This document shows positions 58,659 to 64,000 of a stretch of DNA of 64,000 nt, in pieces. The position numbers and the translations under genes were made by a program. The notes below the pieces were generated by a model that made no database searches, was not told the origin of the DNA, and worked only from the letters and a program-made list of their open reading frames with translations. Within the stretch, counting starts at the first letter, position 1. Every line of letters starts with the position of its first letter. The stretch is from Bacillota bacterium (GTDB taxonomy: Bacteria > Bacillota > Clostridia > Lachnospirales > Lachnospiraceae), in the NCBI GenBank assembly GCA_023411215.1, contig JAEYOY010000038.1, forward strand, positions 1-64,000. The letters are read 5' to 3'.

Positions 58659-61600
58659 CTATTCCGCTTTATAAATATTGTAAAGAATTACAGCAACCTC
58701 TGCTCTGGTCAGAGTGGCTTTCGCGTTAATCTTTTTTCCGCTAATGTTTAGAATTCCTGATTTGATAAGCTTAGCCATACTAGTAACCGAACTGTTTGAA
58801 ACCTTGGCTGCATCATTGAATTTAGATAGATCCTCTCTGGTAGCTGATTTTAGTGACTTCTGTGACAGCTGCATGGCTCTCACTACATAAATTGCCATTT
58901 CTTCCTTCGTTATCAACTGATCAGCGTAGAATTTACTCTTACCTGTACCAGATAGGATTCCTAGTTTCTTTGCTGTACCTATTGCATTATAGTTCGGATT
59001 TGTAGCTTTTACATCGGCAAAATTAGTATTAACTTCTGCTGTCAGACCCAGGGTATTCAGAAGATATGAGATAAAATCTCCTCTGGTAACCTTACCCTCC
59101 GGATCAAAGGTTGTATCAGTTTTTCCATTCATGATACCCTTCGATGCAACAAACTCAATCTCATTCTTAGCATCCAACTCTGCAATATCTTTAAAGCTCT
59201 TCATTACATAAGCAACTGCAAACGTGCTAAAGTGAGTCGTCGTAAATGTAACCGTTCCGGTTTTCGCATCATATCGTCCGTTTGATACCGTTTGAACCTT
59301 TCCTTTGCTGTCAATGTACCAAACGACGATATGGTCTGGATTCTTTAATTCCTTCGCAGTTGGCTTATACGGTATCGCAATTGTTATAGTTGCATTTACA
59401 TTACTCCAGGTTATTGCTTTTCCATCGATAGAAGCTGATAATTGGAGGATCGGTCTACTTCCTATTGCCCTTAAAGTCTCTTTATCCAGTTTACTATTAT
59501 CTGCCGCAGTAATTGAGATACCAAGATTGCTCCTATTCTTCAAATCCTTTGAAGCAAACATGTTTCCGGGCACGGTGATTGTTCCGATCGGTGTTATTAT
59601 CTGAATATTCAGGTCTGCACCACCAGCCTGCATGGCACTTACCGGCAGAATCTGTGTATAGGTTTTCACACCTTTCACCTTTTGGATCTCAATTATAACT
59701 GTTTTGACTCCATCTGTGTCTTCCTTTGTTTCGGTAATCGCAGTGTTTAATTCTGCATTCGTAGTAGTTGCTGTTGCAATACTTCCTTTCTTTACCGGTT
59801 TTTCTAATATGGTATGCGTCTTGCTCTCCGACTTATTTGTTTCAGAAGTATCCGCTTGTGGCGGTGCTTCCGGTTTCGCCTTGTCATCCTTGTTGTCCTC
59901 GGAAGGTACTACACCACCGGGAGCTCCTCCGGGATAACCGCCACCAGGATTACCTCCTCCGGGATTACCTCCTCCGGGATTACCTCCGTTATTCGCAGGT
60001 TGTGTTCTTGTAACACTGATTGTAAGCAAGGTTTCATGTCCAACCACATCCACTGCCTTGACATGGAAGGTATTGGAGCCCAGGTTCAGGTTTTGTCCTG
60101 TGATGCTGAAATTTCCGGCAGGATTTCCTGCTATTACCAGCGTATTACCCAGATAGATGTCAGCTGCTTCATCAAGGGTTCCTGTCAGGTTGATCGTAGC
60201 ATTCTCAGTCTGTGTAACGGTAGTTGATTTAATTACAGGATTTTTTCTATCCACGGTTAGATTGATCGTTGTGCTTGCCCATCTTAGCTGCCCGCCTACC
60301 GTCTTCTTAGCCGTTATTGCTATCGTATAGCTATGCTGCTCACCTGCCGCACCAAGACTTACGCTTGCACTTGCACTGGATCCGGTTATTGTTGCATTGA
60401 CATTAACCGGTGGCTGGTTATCGGTGGCTTTTGTAATAATCAGTTCGTCAACATTGTCTGCTGTGATGTTCAGCGTTTTATCCGTCGCATACTTACCATC
60501 GTTATTTGCACCTGTCACATTAATTACAGGTACACTCTTGTCAATTGTAAATACTACTGTTCTTGATGATGTATTTCCATAGGAGTCCGTTGATGATACC
60601 ACAAGGGTATGCTGTCCTTCCGTTGAGAATACACCCGGAGTATAGTTATTTCCATCCATTGTAATACTTGTATTCGTTGTATGGGAATCCGATACACTAA
60701 CCCCAATCGTTACATTATTTCCGTATACATCACCGTTGCTTACACCTGTTATAGTAATGGAAGGTGCCGTTGAATCTCTTGTAACACTGATAGCCTGGGC
60801 TGCTGTTGTATTACCGAAGGAATCTGTTGCGGTAACATTAATCGTATTGACAGCGTTATCAGTCAGGTTGAAGGCAATTATTCCGCCACCATTCAATTGT
60901 CCTTTTGAAGCACCATTAATAAATATCTCCGCATTCTCTCCGGTATTGATTGAGATGTCAACCGAGTTCCTGTTCGTATTTGTAGTAGCTGCCACTGCGG
61001 TCAGCGATGGCGAGGTGACATCAACCTGATAGTTTCTTATCACTGTCGCTGTATTTCCGGCAGCATCCGAAGCCTTGATAGTAACCTCATGTGCACCATC
61101 CGTCAGATCGAGTGCTATACTAAAGCTTACATCCAGATTGGATGCAGGGATACCACTGATATCCATGGAAACGCCGTCTATCAATACCTGCGTTATTACT
61201 ACATTAGGATCCGCGTCTGTAATCGCTCCTTCGATCTTCATACCACCTGCATCTTTGACTGCTTTATTGATGACGAAATTTGAAGTCGTCACAGTAAGAA
61301 CAGGGGCAATATTATCCTGTGCAACCTGATAGGAGGAGAAATTAGTAGTCCTGAAGATCAGATAACCTGTGTCAATTAGATAATAAGGGTCATCTACTCC
61401 CATACCACCGATTCCCGGATCTGTGGACATTACTACTTTCGCGATCAATGTCTTATCAACTACTCCACTTTCATTCACATGCATCAGTACAACACCATTC
61501 AGTCCTACCCCGATATAATTCCTGATTAATAACGGAGTAGTCGGATCGATTGATGTTCCCTGATCATTTATAAAATCAAATGAAATTGCTGCTCCAAGAG

Positions 61601-64000
61601 GCTTATAATTTGTTATTCCATTTACATCTACCGTCTTCACAAGAATCTGCGTACTGGTATCAAATGCATCGTCCGGAATATCCATGGTAGCATTATCATT
61701 TAAGGGCAGATCATTATGTGCGGTATTCGGAGGTATATAGGTGCTGGTATAAGATCCTGTACCCATATTCCCAACCTCATCCAGTGCTGTTGCATTCAAA
61801 ACATTGGTACCTTCTACAGGCAGTGGTGTTATGACGTGGTATATTTTTTGCTGACCGGTAGGTACTGCTGTAACATTATCAGCTGATACGACATCTCCAT
61901 TAAATTTAACAATCGGTTTTGTTATGTTTTCACTTGATGTAATTGTATAATGCGTATCATCGATTTTTTCAAGTTGTAGAACCGGCACTGTACTATCCAG
62001 AGTTCTAGTCAGAGTAACTGCATTTTGGCTCTGGTTTCCTGCAAGATCAATCGCTGTAATGCTAAAGGTATTCCATCCTTCCGTCAGCCTGATACCGTCA
62101 AAATCAAAGGTACCGCCTATTTTCACACTGGCCTTAGCGATTACTTCTCCTGACTTTTTCAGCAGTACCTTCGTACCGGTTGTGGGGCCTTCACTGGATA
62201 CGGTACCATTAATCTTTAGATACTCCATCGAGGTGGTTCCGGTTGCCGGTGAGATTAAAGTTACATCTGCCGGTTGGATACTGTCAAATGCAAATACATA
62301 GACTTTTTCATCGGATACATTTCCTGCAGGATCCATTGCATAGTAGAAAAGAACATTTGTCCCCTGGGAAGGCGTAAGTTCCTTACTGCCTGCCGCTGAC
62401 CCTGAGCTTCCGTTCAAATTCCAGTAAATAGTATCATTCGTCCCGGTAGCCAAAGTTACCTTAGTAGTCGGAGATTTGAATATTTGATTATCTCCATCCG
62501 GTACTGCAGGATTCGTATGGATACTTACCAAAGGCTTGGTATTATCAATGGTTAAAGTCTTGTTATAGCTTTGTGAGGCTAAATTACCAGCTTTGTCCTT
62601 TGCACTGACCGAGATGGCAAGGGCATCGAAGCTTCCGCTTCCTATATTGAATTTTCCCTCATAATAGTCTCCTGTTTCGATATATTGCATCGATACAGCT
62701 GTTGTTCCTATATAGAGGATAACATCTCCTACACCGCCCAAATCCGTTGCCTTTGCTCTTACTGTAATGATATCACCTGCTTTGGCAATGATACTGTCTG
62801 AGTAGGCTGCTGCATTTTTCATCACACTGATCACAGAAACAGCAGGTGCAGTTTTATCTATTGTGAAATGCAATGTCTTGGAATAAGTTATCCCTTTGCT
62901 TACATATTTGGCAACCAGAGTATGTGCCCCTGCTATAGAATAACTTCCTCCATTGAAGGCTATACCGTCAATTGTTACTGTAGTTCCTTGCTGTTCTTGT
63001 GTTCCTTCAAAGGTAGTGAAGGATATATCCAGACTGGAGTTGACCAACATACCTTCGGTTACACCATTTACAATTATATTTACTGCAAGTCGGTCAATCG
63101 AAAAGCTCAGTTGCTGTTCCGTAGTATTTCCTGCCATATCCACTGCCTTTGCGATTACCTTATAAGTGACTACCTGATTTGCCATTCCGGTAAAGGTATA
63201 CTGACCACTGCTATTTAGAGTAATTGCTTCGCCGGAATCATTTAGAACAGTTAAATTTCCCTCGTTTGTCTTAATTGTAAGTGTCACACTCTGATCTTTA
63301 TAAGTAGCTCCATTGAAGGCTCCAGTGATCGATATTACCGGCTTGGTCTTATCAATCGTGAAGCTCTTTGTCACTATATTAGAGACATGGTTCATGGAAT
63401 CTTTTGTCTTTGCGGTTAGAACATAATCGCCATCTAAGGATATGGTGTCTCCCATGTGATAGGTAACAAGTACTCCACTCCTTCTCAGGGTTACCTCGGC
63501 ATTGGTAAGTAGAATCTGCTGTGAAGTAACGTCATCCGTAAAGCTTAAGATAGGAGTAACCGCATAATTATAAATCGCATGATCCGATACTCCTACAACA
63601 GCTGCTACAGGAGCTGATTTGTCAATGATAAATTCAACTACCTTGCTGCTGGTTTTATCAGAATAACCGGGATTCGTGGCAACTATCTCAAGACGGTATG
63701 CACCCGGTCCTGTAAGCGCCGGTACACCATTCTCTTTAATCACTATATTTCCGTTTGGCAGTTTCAGGCTTGCCTTATAGCTATAATTGGCCTGGTTACT
63801 GTTCTCAGGGAGAGTACCTACGTCCGAAGCTAGGGAAACCGAAATGGTTGCAGTCTCATATATACCGCCATTTGTAACTCCATTGATTGTGATTACCGGA
63901 CTGCTGCTGTCCCATATAATATCAAAGTTACTGCTGACCGTCTTGATATTTCCGGCTGCATCCTTTGCTGTGGCAGTCAAAACATAATGACCTGCTTCGC
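58659..64000 (-). CDS. giant S-layer-associated surface protein (partial; N-terminus beyond window) with many Ig-like domains, Gly/Pro linker and C-terminal SLH domains
   Basis: The reading frame is open to the window edge. It contains tandem Ig-like/Big-type beta domains, a (GGNPG)3 linker, and three C-terminal SLH repeats (FKDIAELDAKNEIEFVASKGIMNG...TRGDF; FADVKATNPNYNAIGTAKKLGILSG). Confidence 0.8.
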   Translation of the reverse strand, partial: EAGHYVLTATAKDAAGNIKTVSSNFDIIWDSSSPVITINGVTNGGIYETATISVSLASDVGTLPENSNQANYSYKASLKLPNGNIVIKENGVPALTGPGAYRLEIVATNPGYSDKTSSKVVEFIIDKSAPVAAVVGVSDHAIYNYAVTPILSFTDDVTSQQILLTNAEVTLRRSGVLVTYHMGDTISLDGDYVLTAKTKDSMNHVSNIVTKSFTIDKTKPVISITGAFNGATYKDQSVTLTIKTNEGNLTVLNDSGEAITLNSSGQYTFTGMANQVVTYKVIAKAVDMAGNTTEQQLSFSIDRLAVNIIVNGVTEGMLVNSSLDISFTTFEGTQEQQGTTVTIDGIAFNGGSYSIAGAHTLVAKYVSKGITYSKTLHFTIDKTAPAVSVISVMKNAAAYSDSIIAKAGDIITVRAKATDLGGVGDVILYIGTTAVSMQYIETGDYYEGKFNIGSGSFDALAISVSAKDKAGNLASQSYNKTLTIDNTKPLVSIHTNPAVPDGDNQIFKSPTTKVTLATGTNDTIYWNLNGSSGSAAGSKELTPSQGTNVLFYYAMDPAGNVSDEKVYVFAFDSIQPADVTLISPATGTTSMEYLKINGTVSSEGPTTGTKVLLKKSGEVIAKASVKIGGTFDFDGIRLTEGWNTFSITAIDLAGNQSQNAVTLTRTLDSTVPVLQLEKIDDTHYTITSSENITKPIVKFNGDVVSADNVTAVPTGQQKIYHVITPLPVEGTNVLNATALDEVGNMGTGSYTSTYIPPNTAHNDLPLNDNATMDIPDDAFDTSTQILVKTVDVNGITNYKPLGAAISFDFINDQGTSIDPTTPLLIRNYIGVGLNGVVLMHVNESGVVDKTLIAKVVMSTDPGIGGMGVDDPYYLIDTGYLIFRTTNFSSYQVAQDNIAPVLTVTTSNFVINKAVKDAGGMKIEGAITDADPNVVITQVLIDGVSMDISGIPASNLDVSFSIALDLTDGAHEVTIKASDAAGNTATVIRNYQVDVTSPSLTAVAATTNTNRNSVDISINTGENAEIFINGASKGQLNGGGIIAFNLTDNAVNTINVTATDSFGNTTAAQAISVTRDSTAPSITITGVSNGDVYGNNVTIGVSVSDSHTTNTSITMDGNNYTPGVFSTEGQHTLVVSSTDSYGNTSSRTVVFTIDKSVPVINVTGANNDGKYATDKTLNITADNVDELIITKATDNQPPVNVNATITGSSASASVSLGAAGEQHSYTIAITAKKTVGGQLRWASTTINLTVDRKNPVIKSTTVTQTENATINLTGTLDEAADIYLGNTLVIAGNPAGNFSITGQNLNLGSNTFHVKAVDVVGHETLLTISVTRTQPANNGGNPGGGNPGGGNPGGGYPGGAPGGVVPSEDNKDDKAKPEAPPQADTSETNKSESKTHTILEKPVKKGSIATATTTNAELNTAITETKEDTDGVKTVIIEIQKVKGVKTYTQILPVSAMQAGGADLNIQIITPIGTITVPGNMFASKDLKNRSNLGISITAADNSKLDKETLRAIGSRPILQLSASIDGKAITWSNVNATITIAIPYKPTAKELKNPDHIVVWYIDSKGKVQTVSNGRYDAKTGTVTFTTTHFSTFAVAYVMKSFKDIAELDAKNEIEFVASKGIMNGKTDTTFDPEGKVTRGDFISYLLNTLGLTAEVNTNFADVKATNPNYNAIGTAKKLGILSGTGKSKFYADQLITKEEMAIYVVRAMQLSQKSLKSATREDLSKFNDAAKVSNSSVTSMAKLIKSGILNISGKKINAKATLTRAEVAVILYNIYKAE

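Noticed and set aside
59814-60227. Antisense ORF with SSGITSSGIT repeats inside the S-layer gene
   Set aside because: A mirror image of the sense-strand GGNPG linker. Not independent coding.

Overview
This is a low-GC Firmicutes-type (Clostridia-like) chromosomal segment. Most genes are on the minus strand.

**Core metabolism and housekeeping genes**
- dapF, and glnA followed by an ANTAR regulator gene.
- An Fe-type alcohol dehydrogenase, a PilZ protein, a flotillin-like SPFH protein, and a GH127 glycosidase.
- A ThrE-type exporter pair, an MFS transporter, an aldo/keto reductase, and prfC.
- A LysM/SleB-like cortex hydrolase, an amidohydrolase, and a P-type Ca2+/Mn2+-type ATPase preceded by what looks like a yybP-ykoY Mn2+ riboswitch with an intrinsic terminator.
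- D-lactate dehydrogenase, lysC, a CUT1 sugar ABC importer with a divergent AraC regulator, and a ribD-ribBA pair.

**Redox block**
- An extra ferredoxin, HydA, HydB, HydC, Rex, and NfnB/NfnA.
- Followed by a LysR regulator, a second Rex, and SodA.

**Cell-surface proteins**
- A Ser/Thr kinase with an extracellular LRR domain.
- The 3' part of a giant SLH-anchored, Ig-like-rich S-layer protein.

**AT-rich accessory block (~25.3-35.1 kb)**
- A pair of RyR (ryanodine-receptor) domain proteins: a 610-aa membrane protein with a C-terminal RyR domain plus a 98-aa standalone RyR protein.
- Zinc-ribbon proteins and an M48 metallopeptidase.
- Two convergent genes encoding unusual N-terminal TIR domain - single transmembrane helix - extracellular region - PDZ proteins. 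One carries about 20 YD-like repeats.
- This TIR/TM/PDZ pair is the most likely candidate for an undescribed signalling or defence system.

**Other observations**
- The RibD deaminase and RibBA DHBP-synthase active sites appear degenerate.
- A dispersed approximately 30-bp intergenic repeat family is present.
- A large nested inverted repeat lies upstream of dapF.
- Two related operator-like palindromes lie upstream of the nfn-rex-hyd cluster.
- No CRISPR array, transposase or integrase was seen.
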